Of a stretch of 64,000 bases of DNA, positions 29,509-38,020 are shown piece after piece. The notes below the pieces were generated by a model. That model was not told the DNA's origin and searched no databases. It was given only the letters and a program-made list of their open reading frames with translations. Position 1 is the first letter of the stretch. Each line of letters begins with the position of its first letter. Source of the stretch: an uncultured Thiotrichaceae bacterium (GTDB lineage: Bacteria > Pseudomonadota > Gammaproteobacteria > SZUA-229); contig CAZRKQ010000236.1 of assembly GCA_964600755.1 (NCBI GenBank), forward strand, positions 812 to 64,811, written 5' to 3'. The position numbers were made by a program, and so were the translations under genes.

Positions 29509-30444
29509 TCAGTACATATGTACTGCAAAAATGTGAATGACAGCCGTGATTATCATCATGATGAATAGTGGCATGTGAAGAATATGCCACAGTGAAAACA
29601 GTCGCTCATAAATACGAAAAGCGACAATTTTTCGCAGTGCGGTAGTATAACGTTTGATAAACTCTTTAGCGACTGCACTGTCTGGTAGTGCTGTTGATGA
29701 ACCGTCATTCTGGCTGCTGTTCAGCAAACGCTTAAACTTCGACTGTAAACGTTGCGCATCAAAAGTTAGTGATATCAAATGCAGCAAGCTCATCGAGATG
29801 CCTGTATATTGCTGCAAAGCCTTGCTTTCCATTGCTGACATCATCTTGTTCAGATTTGCGTTCAGCTTGTAAATGTACAAAAGCTCCGTATTTTTGGTTT
29901 CAATCTCGTGCTTCAGTTCATTGAGCGTAATGCGTTTGCCATACAGGCCATGATGAATGTGTGTATATATATAACGACCTATCAGCCCACTGCCTGCGAC
30001 CAGTAACATGCAGATCAATGCGATTGAACTGTTGGTGGAGCCAAGGTGGAAATTGGAGTGGAACAGAACCATAACCGGTCCGATGATGCCAAATAGCATG
30101 TGAATACCAAACCAGTACCGAACCGGTATCATGCGGGTCAGTACTGACAACCTTTTGCTCAGTGGATAGAGCAGTAATAACAACATCAAGCTGCCACCAA
30201 CAATTCCCAATATATAGCCAGTTCCATTTTCGGCAGTCAGATAATTGTTATTACGATTGTTCCAGCCCAACAGAAGTACGGCTATCACACTGATGGAAAA
30301 AAGATGGGAGTACAGAAATAGCAACGGCGTGGTTAATATTTCAAATGTATTTTTCCCTCGCCGGGCCACATTATCTGCCGGCAATTGCTGGCTTGCACGG
30401 TTGCTGTTTATAGTATTTATGCTGCTCATGAAAGGTGTCGTCAA
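29509..30444 (-). CDS. inner-membrane ferric-reductase-like (diheme b) protein
   Basis: TM helices with two H-x13-H pairs (H115/H129 and H290/H304) separated by a ~120-aa soluble insertion. Confidence 0.7.
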   Translation of the reverse strand: MTTPFMSSINTINSNRASQQLPADNVARRGKNTFEILTTPLLFLYSHLFSISVIAVLLLGWNNRNNNYLTAENGTGYILGIVGGSLMLLLLLYPLSKRLSVLTRMIPVRYWFGIHMLFGIIGPVMVLFHSNFHLGSTNSSIALICMLLVAGSGLIGRYIYTHIHHGLYGKRITLNELKHEIETKNTELLYIYKLNANLNKMMSAMESKALQQYTGISMSLLHLISLTFDAQRLQSKFKRLLNSSQNDGSSTALPDSAVAKEFIKRYTTALRKIVAFRIYERLFSLWHILHMPLFIMMIITAVIHIFAVHMY

Positions 30445-30710
30445 CTCCCGTTATAAATTTGGTATAATAATCCCAAACGTATTATAATTGTTCGCTCAGT
30501 TGAGTCTAGTAAAACTGTAAAAATAGTTATAATAATGTCGTAATATTTTTCACCTATTGTCGGGATAATTTGCACTATATCTGCTATATACTCGTATAAT
30601 CAATAAGTTACGTCTATTTCATTTGTCCAATAAATACTCATACTATATATGATGATATTTTTTCTTGTGCCGCGTTCAGGCCCTGGAATTTGTTCCACAG
30701 GATTTACATC

Positions 30711-32009
30711 ATGACACCAGTTATGTGGCTTTACTCACTGCCGTTGTTGGCAATTTTCGGTATATATTTCTGGAAACGGTCAGGCAAACAACGCACCAGC
30801 AGGCACATTCTTGAGGAAGCGGTTGCTTCAGGGATGACGGAGCCGGCTTCTCTGCACCCGGTAGTTGATCACGTCCGTTGCCTGGGGTGTGCCAGCTGCG
30901 TTAAGGCATGCCCTGAAAAAAATGTTTTGGGGATTATTCACGGTAAAGCGAACCTGATTGATCCGACCCATTGTATCGGTCACGGGGCCTGCAAGAAGGC
31001 ATGTCCATTCAGTGCCATCGAGCTTGTGTTTGGAACCGAGAAGCGGGGATTAGATATTCCGCAGGTTAAAGAGGATTTTCAGACCAATGTTGCTGGTATT
31101 TATATTGCGGGCGAACTTGGAGGTATGGGGCTGATACGGAATGCCGTTATCCAGGGTGTACAGGCGGTTGATTCAATTCGCAAGCTTGATGGTATCGGCA
31201 GCAAGGACAGGCTTGATCTTGTTATCGTTGGCGCCGGGCCGGCTGGAATCGGAGCATCACTGGCGGCCATGTCGGCTAAACTCAAAGTTGTCACGCTGGA
31301 ACAGGAGTCACTTGGCGGAACTGTCTCACATTATCCCCGCGGGAAAATCGTGATGACAGCGCCGGTAAAGCTGCCCGTAATAGGCAAAATGCATTTCAGA
31401 GAAACCACCAAGGAAGCGTTAATAGAGTTCTGGGAGGGGGTAGTAGAATCAACCGGGCTGCGAATTAATGATAATGAACGCGTTGAAAGTATCGAGTCTG
31501 AAGCTGCCGGCTTCATTGTTAAAACCACGAAACAAAGCTACCAAACCAGGGCGGTATTACTGGCGATTGGTCGTCGTGGTACACCTCGTACGCTCGGTGT
31601 GCCGGGTGAAAATAAAACAAAGGTGGTCTACCGCCTGATAGATCCCGAACAGTATCTGAACCAGCATGTTCTGGTTGTCGGTGGAGGCGACAGTGCACTG
31701 GAGGCGGCAGTCAGTATTGCCAATGAGGCAGGAACAACAGTGACCATATCATACAGAAGCGAAGCATTCTCCCGTGCCAAGGAAAAGAACCGCATCAAGG
31801 TTGATACTGCGCAAAAGGAAGGCAGATTGAATGTATTAATGAGCTCGAATGTAAAACAGATTACCGATTACAAGGTTGTTATTGAGGCAGGCGACAAAGA
31901 AGTAAGCATCGATAATGATGCTGTTATTGTATGCGCCGGCGGGATTCTTCCAACTCCATTTCTCAAGTCCATTGGTATTGAAGTAGAAACAAAGTTTGGT
32001 ACAGCATGA
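30711..32009 (+). CDS. membrane-anchored ferredoxin-fused FAD/NAD(P)H oxidoreductase (TrxR/YpdA-like)
   Basis: N-terminal TM; CLGCASCVKACP and CIGHGACKKACP; VIVGAGPAG (FAD); VVGGGDSALEAA and YRSEAFSR (NADPH-type); no redox CxxC. Confidence 0.85.
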   Translation: MTPVMWLYSLPLLAIFGIYFWKRSGKQRTSRHILEEAVASGMTEPASLHPVVDHVRCLGCASCVKACPEKNVLGIIHGKANLIDPTHCIGHGACKKACPFSAIELVFGTEKRGLDIPQVKEDFQTNVAGIYIAGELGGMGLIRNAVIQGVQAVDSIRKLDGIGSKDRLDLVIVGAGPAGIGASLAAMSAKLKVVTLEQESLGGTVSHYPRGKIVMTAPVKLPVIGKMHFRETTKEALIEFWEGVVESTGLRINDNERVESIESEAAGFIVKTTKQSYQTRAVLLAIGRRGTPRTLGVPGENKTKVVYRLIDPEQYLNQHVLVVGGGDSALEAAVSIANEAGTTVTISYRSEAFSRAKEKNRIKVDTAQKEGRLNVLMSSNVKQITDYKVVIEAGDKEVSIDNDAVIVCAGGILPTPFLKSIGIEVETKFGTA

Positions 32010-33997
32010 TATACCGATTTTCTATATTGCCATTGTTGCTGTTGCTGGTAGCGCTTACGGCCGAAGCTGTGACACTATCAGATGCAAAAATGGCTATTCG
32101 CACCAGGGACTTTACCAAGGCTGTGAAGATACTTGACCCGTTATCGCGTAATGGCGACAAAGAGGCGCAATATCATCTTGCAGTGATGTACCGTAATGGC
32201 CAGGGCACTCGTGAAGATGCCGGCAAAGCAGCGTACTGGATGAATAAGTCAGCCAGCCAGGGATATAAGCGTGCACAGTACTCACTGGGTGTTCTTTATG
32301 AAGATGGTATTGGTGTAAATAAGGACCTGAAAAAAGCGGCTTACTGGTACAGGCAGGCTGCCAGCCAGGGCTATAGCAATGCTGCAAAGCGACTGACCAG
32401 GCTCGAAGCTGGCAGTGCTGGCGACCCGGCGATTGTCGGCAATATGAAACCCGGGAAAGCGCTGGTGTTGGCAGTGGCTGCTGGTGATATAGCGACAGCT
32501 AAAGAATCACTAAAAGCCGGTGCTGATGTGAATGCAACAGATGCTTACAAGCGAACAGTTTTGATGGAAGCCGTTGCAAGAAAAAATGTAGATATGGTGC
32601 GACTCCTGCTGGAGAATGGTGCTGATGCTAATGTTGTTGATGCCTACAAGGACAGGCCCTTGATGATAGCGTCATCTAATGGCGAAGCCGTGATTGTTCG
32701 TGAGTTGATCAGGTATAACGCCAGGCTGGATTACAAAGATGCAAATGGTAATACGGCCCTGATGCTGGCGGCAGCTAAAGGACATAAAAATACTGTTGCC
32801 GTATTGTTAAAAAGCCGGGCATCGCATAAGACCAGGAATCGTAATGGTGAGAATGCAATTGTACTGGCTGCAAAAGCAGAGCATAAATCGACTGTAAAGC
32901 TGTTGGAAAAATATGGGGCGCGTTTACCTGTCGCGCGTAAAGATGGTCTGACGGCAGCTCAGAAACTGGCGGCGATAAATACGGGTGTAGACAGCGTTTA
33001 TAAAAACTGGACTCCGTTGATGATTACCGTATGGCGAGGACAGGATGATGTTCTGGCGTTGTTGTTAAAAAAAGGGGCTGATCCCAATCAGGTGGATAAT
33101 GAGGGATATACACCACTAACACGCGCCGCTGTACAGGGCTATGAAACTGTTGCCGGTCTGCTTATTGATGCTGGTGCCAATGTGAACAGGAAAGATCGCA
33201 GTGGCAAGACGCCGCTCATGTGGGCGTCAGAGCATGGAAAAGACAAGGTTGTGAAAACACTGTTAACAGCCGGCGCCGATGTTAGCTTACTTGGTAAAAA
33301 ACAACAAAGCGCCCTGTACTTTGCAATTGCTGGTGGCAACGAAGCTGTGACGACTCTTCTGCTTGATGCGGGCGCAAGGCCGGAGAATATCCTGATAGAA
33401 GGTAAAAGTGATTTAATGATGGCGGCTAGTAGTATGTCATTAACAACTGTCAGTCATTTGTTGCGCTCAGGTGGTGATGCGAGCTTGCGTGATGAAAATG
33501 GTCATGACGCACTCTGGCATGCTACAGGCTCTGGTAATGCTGACCTGGTCAAGCTGTTGCTTGAGAATTACACGTATATAGACAGAAAGGATAAACGTGG
33601 CTTTTCATTGTTGCACAATGCCGCTACATCAGACAATCCTGATATTGTAACTCTGATTATTAATAAGGAGATGGATGTTGATGTTAGGGCAAGTGACGGA
33701 AATACGCCATTAATGATTGCTGCAAGTAGAGGTAATGCAGGTTCTGTCAGGGCGCTGATTGCAAAAGGTGCTGATGTTAACAGCAAGAATAATATTGGCA
33801 ACACCCCGCTGATTCTTTCAGTGTTGGCGGATAGCTCTGAATCCGTATCAATATTGTTAGATGCCGGCGCCAATATTGATGTGAGAAACAACAAGCGTGA
33901 ACAGGCTATAAACCTGGCTGAGTTGGGCGAGAAAACTTCTATTATCGAGTTATTGCGCAAGCATAAGAGCGAAAAGAAGCTGTTTGGTATTTTCTAG
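32006..33997 (+). CDS. exported SEL1-repeat + ankyrin-repeat protein
   Basis: Signal peptide; two full SEL1 repeats (AQYHLAVMYRNGQG, AQYSLGVLYEDGIG); about 15 ankyrin repeats (GxTPLMxA...LLxxGAdvN); ATGA overlap with the oxidoreductase. Confidence 0.88.
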   Translation: MIYRFSILPLLLLLVALTAEAVTLSDAKMAIRTRDFTKAVKILDPLSRNGDKEAQYHLAVMYRNGQGTREDAGKAAYWMNKSASQGYKRAQYSLGVLYEDGIGVNKDLKKAAYWYRQAASQGYSNAAKRLTRLEAGSAGDPAIVGNMKPGKALVLAVAAGDIATAKESLKAGADVNATDAYKRTVLMEAVARKNVDMVRLLLENGADANVVDAYKDRPLMIASSNGEAVIVRELIRYNARLDYKDANGNTALMLAAAKGHKNTVAVLLKSRASHKTRNRNGENAIVLAAKAEHKSTVKLLEKYGARLPVARKDGLTAAQKLAAINTGVDSVYKNWTPLMITVWRGQDDVLALLLKKGADPNQVDNEGYTPLTRAAVQGYETVAGLLIDAGANVNRKDRSGKTPLMWASEHGKDKVVKTLLTAGADVSLLGKKQQSALYFAIAGGNEAVTTLLLDAGARPENILIEGKSDLMMAASSMSLTTVSHLLRSGGDASLRDENGHDALWHATGSGNADLVKLLLENYTYIDRKDKRGFSLLHNAATSDNPDIVTLIINKEMDVDVRASDGNTPLMIAASRGNAGSVRALIAKGADVNSKNNIGNTPLILSVLADSSESVSILLDAGANIDVRNNKREQAINLAELGEKTSIIELLRKHKSEKKLFGIF

Positions 33998-34080
33998 ATT
34001 TTAAAGTCTTCTGTTCTGGTTTCGGCTTAATTAGGTAGTTGCTGAATGTTTCGCCTGGCCAATAAAGCGACCATAACATC

Positions 34081-34313
34081 CTGTTTTCTCGCAAAGGCGC
34101 AAAGCCCGTAAAGTAAAAAGAATTTACTCTCGCAGAGGCGCAGAGCACGCAGAGAATAACGATATTTTTAATGAAAAAACAGGTATTACCTAAGCGTTCT
34201 CTGCGCCTCTGCGAGAGTAAATATCTATAGCCTTTTCTATATACCCGATCCTGACTGTACTGACAAAAAATCATAGCCGGAGTTTGAAATGATATGACAC
34301 TGACTGTCAGACT
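34081..34313 (-). mobile_element. MITE-like element, left copy (inverted relative to the copy at 45355)
   Basis: Reverse complement aligns by eye with 45355-45590 (agtctgacagt.agtgtcata...aaactcc..ctatgattttt.tcagtacag...tatagatatttactctcgca); contains CGCAGAGGCGCAGAG arms. Confidence 0.8.
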
Positions 34314-34392
34314 AAAAAGTCTGACCATTACAGGTCATTACTGTTGCCTGCGCGATTTATGAGATGAAAAGTATGGGGTGCGTCTTGAAAGG

Positions 34393-34956
34393 CTAGAACA
34401 ATTCGGTTCTACCGATTGCCAGCGTTGATTGCTTAACCGGGTTTTCCTTTTCCAGTTCAGTGCGTAAATTTTCAACATCCTGTTTTATTTCCTGAACTCT
34501 TGATATAAAAGCTGGATCATTATTGTGGTCCAGGGTTTTCAATTCCTTCAGGGCGTCGGCCAGTTTTTTGAACGTGTCCTGAATACGTCTTGCTCTGTTC
34601 TGGGCATGTTTGGTCAATTGCTGCACAATATCGTCAAACTGCAGGGCAGTGACAATTCTGACGCGGTTGTCCCTGTGCTTGTTGTCTACTCTTTTACATT
34701 GCTCAAGTAGTGCTTCATTGTCCGTGGTGTTTAATTGTGAAGCCAAACTGATCATTGTGTTCTGCTCGATGGCCAATATATTTATTTCGTCAAAGCCCGC
34801 TGTTAGTGACCTGGTGGCATCACCAACCAGCTGTCTGACATGTTCAAGCTCCTGGTGGATATATTGATGCTCTCTAATCATTAAATTGACGAGGTCATCT
34901 GCCAGGTCTGACAGTATGGCGCTTAATTCTTCATTTGTTGTGCTTGAGTCATTCAT
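34393..34956 (-). CDS. chemotaxis-associated coiled-coil protein (CheZ-like DxxxQ motif)
   Basis: ALQFDDIVQQ and C-terminal NPVKQSTLAIGRTELF; last gene of the che operon. Confidence 0.55.
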   Translation of the reverse strand: MNDSSTTNEELSAILSDLADDLVNLMIREHQYIHQELEHVRQLVGDATRSLTAGFDEINILAIEQNTMISLASQLNTTDNEALLEQCKRVDNKHRDNRVRIVTALQFDDIVQQLTKHAQNRARRIQDTFKKLADALKELKTLDHNNDPAFISRVQEIKQDVENLRTELEKENPVKQSTLAIGRTELF

Positions 34957-34983
34957 GAGGTATTGAGTGATTGTCGGTCACGG

Positions 34984-36060
34984 TCATTTTTTCATAAGTG
35001 TAGTTACTTTGTCTGCTATTTTGTTTAACGGTAGAATAAAATCAGCAGCCTGTAATTTAACAGCTTCACCGGGCATACCCCAGACGATACTACTTTGCTC
35101 GTCCTGGGCAATCGTTATTGCGCCTGCGTCATGTATATCTTTTAATCCAAGTGCACCGTCTGAGCCCATGCCTGTTAGCAGGATTCCAATGGCGTTGCTG
35201 CCGGCAGACATGCAAACAGATCTGAATAATACATCAACAGATGGCTTGTGGCGGTTTACCGGCTCCCCGTCATTCAACTTGCAGTGGTATGAGCTGCTGT
35301 TTCCATCGCGAACGATTATAAGATGTCGGTCTCCTGGTGCAATGTAAACATGGCCGGGAAGAATCGCCTGGTTGTCTTTTGCTTCGCAAACATCAAGTGC
35401 CGAAATCTTGTTGATGCGTTCTGCAAATGCTCTGCTGAATGCGCTTGGTATATGCTGTACGACAATAACGCTATATGAGTCGGGTTGCAAACGGGTGATT
35501 ATTTCCTTAATGGCCTCCGTGCCGCCTGTAGAGGCACCAATCACAACAAGCGCCTGATGATTATTTGTCTTAAGTAAGGTTTTCGAAGAGGCCTCAACAG
35601 GGGGTGAAGCCCCGGCAACTGGAATTTTCATGGATGCGCCAGGCGCGCGGTTAATTGAAGCTGCCATCTTGATTTTGCTAATGATTTCCTCTGAGTAGTC
35701 GGCCAGGCTGGTCTCGCTAATCACATCGGGTTTTCCTACATAATCAACGGCGCCCAGTCCCAGGGCTTCTAATGCAACATCCGCACCTTTTTGCGTCAGC
35801 GATGATACCATCACAACGGGCATGGGCCTGAGCCGCATTAAGTTCTTCAGAAAACTGATGCCATTCATTTTGGGCATCTCGACATCCAGTGTCAGTACAT
35901 CAGGATTTAACTGTTTGATTTTCGTTCTGGCTATATATGGGTCCATTGCTGTGCCAACGACTTCGATATCATCGTCCGATGAAAGTATTTCACGCAGGAT
36001 TTTTCTGGTTAGCGCCGAGTCATCGACTATGAGTACGCGAATTGATTTTTTGGGCGTCAT
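34984..36060 (-). CDS. cheB: chemotaxis methylesterase/glutaminase
   Basis: REC domain (VDDS, LDVEMP) plus GASTGG, VQHIP, HKPSVDVLF, LTGMGSDGA. Confidence 0.96.
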   Translation of the reverse strand: MTPKKSIRVLIVDDSALTRKILREILSSDDDIEVVGTAMDPYIARTKIKQLNPDVLTLDVEMPKMNGISFLKNLMRLRPMPVVMVSSLTQKGADVALEALGLGAVDYVGKPDVISETSLADYSEEIISKIKMAASINRAPGASMKIPVAGASPPVEASSKTLLKTNNHQALVVIGASTGGTEAIKEIITRLQPDSYSVIVVQHIPSAFSRAFAERINKISALDVCEAKDNQAILPGHVYIAPGDRHLIIVRDGNSSSYHCKLNDGEPVNRHKPSVDVLFRSVCMSAGSNAIGILLTGMGSDGALGLKDIHDAGAITIAQDEQSSIVWGMPGEAVKLQAADFILPLNKIADKVTTLMKK

Positions 36061-36062
36061 CG

Positions 36063-36713
36063 TTAAAACAGGTCAATCTTGCCTTCGACAGGTGACTTAC
36101 TAATCGTCTCAATATAGGAGGATTCGCGTCTGGTTAGCGTGTCGTTGTGCAGGCTATTCAGGCTTTTGACTCTGACTCTGCCAGTATTGGGGAAGTATTG
36201 AATTTTTCTTGGTCGGTTGCCGCCAACATCTTCGGCGGCTATTTTAAATCCTTCTGTAACTAGATAACGTTTTACAAAATCAATATTTTTACCGCCAATA
36301 TCGGTATTGATCTGTAATACTTTGCCGCCACCGAACAGTTTGATCTCAAGATTTTCACGTTTTCCACCACCGGCCAGAATAACGTTAATCAATCGCTCCA
36401 TCGCGATATTTCCATAGCGCGTTTGCGAATTCACTGGTGTGTTGCCCCATGATTTTCCGTCGCGGCTTATGTCTATCGGAAGCATGAAATGATTCATGCC
36501 ACCAATTCCTGTTACAGTATCGCGAATACAGGCTGATACACATGAGCCTAGTACCGTAGTTATTAATTCTCCGTTCATAGACACGTAAAATTCACCCGGC
36601 AATAATTTTGCGGCATATATATTATTCGAGGCGTCCCAGTAGCGATTAATCGACTCGAATCCGGCGAGTGCCCTTGGTAGTTCCATACGAGGTTTTTCGT
36701 TTCGCGTGCTCAT
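36063..36713 (-). CDS. cheD: chemoreceptor glutamine deamidase
   Basis: LLPGEFY, TVLGSCVSAC, GGMNHFMLP, KLFGGG. Confidence 0.95.
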   Translation of the reverse strand: MSTRNEKPRMELPRALAGFESINRYWDASNNIYAAKLLPGEFYVSMNGELITTVLGSCVSACIRDTVTGIGGMNHFMLPIDISRDGKSWGNTPVNSQTRYGNIAMERLINVILAGGGKRENLEIKLFGGGKVLQINTDIGGKNIDFVKRYLVTEGFKIAAEDVGGNRPRKIQYFPNTGRVRVKSLNSLHNDTLTRRESSYIETISKSPVEGKIDLF

Positions 36714-37570
36714 TATGTAACCTTCTGGTGAATAGTAAGGCCTTTATTCTCAAACCTGTTGGTAACACCTATCAGGCTCTCTGCATGTCCTACGAAAAGT
36801 GTACCGTTTTCATCCAGGTGGTCAGCAAATTTGTTCAATAGCTTAATTTGTGTATCTCTTTTAAAGTAAATGGCAACGTTGCGAAAGAAAACGCAGTCGA
36901 ACGTGCCATGGACAGGCCAGGTCTCGGTCAGGTTGAGCTGCTTGAAATGCACCAGGTTTCGGATGCTTGTTTTGATTTTTACACTACCTTTTTTTGTCCC
37001 CGTCCCTATAAGCGTCCATCTTTTTTTACGCTCAATCGAGACTTCACTCACACGGTTAATCGGGTATTCACCTTTGTTCGCTATTTCAAGAACGTTTGAG
37101 TCGAGGTCGGTAGCAAGTATCTTTGCGTCCCACCTGTCAATGTCCTTGATATTTTCTCTCAATACCATTGCGATGGAATAGGGTTCTTCTCCTGTTGAGC
37201 ATCCTGCCGACCATATGCGTAAACGGGGGTACGCCGCACCCGTGTTCTTCCTGATAATGTCTGGTACTATCTTTTTTGCAAGATATTCAAAATGATGTTC
37301 TTCCCTGAAAAATGATGTCACATTTGTAGTGATCGAGTTTATAAAGTGTGTGAATTCTCCGGAATTATTTTGCCTTAGTAGATCGCAATATTCACTGAAG
37401 CTGTTGATGCCCAGCAGGCGTAGTCGCTTGGCAACGCGGCCATACACGAGTTCACGTTTATCTTCGGTCAGGTTAATACCGGCATTTTTACCTACCAGGT
37501 CGCTAAGGAAATAAAAATCCTCATTGGTAAATTGAAACTCCTTATCGAGATTATTGATCAATTCATTCAT
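36713..37570 (-). CDS. cheR: chemotaxis methyltransferase
   Basis: ITTNVTSFFREEHHF, RIWSAGCSTGEEPYSIAM, ATDLD, FRNVAIYF, VGHAESL. Confidence 0.96.
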   Translation of the reverse strand: MNELINNLDKEFQFTNEDFYFLSDLVGKNAGINLTEDKRELVYGRVAKRLRLLGINSFSEYCDLLRQNNSGEFTHFINSITTNVTSFFREEHHFEYLAKKIVPDIIRKNTGAAYPRLRIWSAGCSTGEEPYSIAMVLRENIKDIDRWDAKILATDLDSNVLEIANKGEYPINRVSEVSIERKKRWTLIGTGTKKGSVKIKTSIRNLVHFKQLNLTETWPVHGTFDCVFFRNVAIYFKRDTQIKLLNKFADHLDENGTLFVGHAESLIGVTNRFENKGLTIHQKVT

Positions 37571-37579
37571 GAGCTGTTG

Positions 37580-37987
37580 TCAGGCCATGCCCATGTGTTG
37601 GTTCAGGCCAAGTAAGGTTGCGCGAGATACGAATTCATCAGATGGTTTGATCCAGTTGACTGTGTGATTGTTAGCTCGAATTTTCATAACAAAAGCGAAT
37701 AACATTTGCAAAACAGCGGTGTCGATCATTTCTACCGCGGAAGCATCAATATTGATATCAGTGTTACCGGCTATTTGGCTAAAGTCCTGATACAGCGATT
37801 TGGCGTTATTAATGACAGCTATAGAGTCAAGCGTGAGTGTCTGTATCGAAGCGTGTTTACTGGCGTTTGTTCCTGTGGAAGCTCTTTTGACAACTTTCTT
37901 TTTCGGCGCAGCTTTTTTCTTGCTGACCCTTTTTTTTCTCACGGCCGGTGCTTTTTTATTCGCTACTGTTTTTTTTGTCGTGGACAC
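37580..37987 (-). CDS. STAS-domain protein with Lys/Ala-rich N-terminal tail
   Basis: IDASAVEMIDTAVLQML (STAS_2-like); first 36 aa very basic. Confidence 0.75.
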   Translation of the reverse strand: MSTTKKTVANKKAPAVRKKRVSKKKAAPKKKVVKRASTGTNASKHASIQTLTLDSIAVINNAKSLYQDFSQIAGNTDINIDASAVEMIDTAVLQMLFAFVMKIRANNHTVNWIKPSDEFVSRATLLGLNQHMGMA

Positions 37988-38020
37988 GGGTTATCTCCAG
38001 CAGGTGCTAAACATTTGCAG

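Noticed and set aside
30445-30710. FNR, Fur or sigma54 sites in the conduit's divergent spacer
   Set aside because: AT-rich, but no TTGAT-N4-ATCAA, Fur 19-mer or GG-N10-GC match that I can support
33942-34328. ORFs 33942..34328 (-) and 45352..45597 (+) as a duplicated small gene
   Set aside because: Similarity is explained by the shared repeat element; reading frames diverge after the first arm, and the composition is non-coding-like
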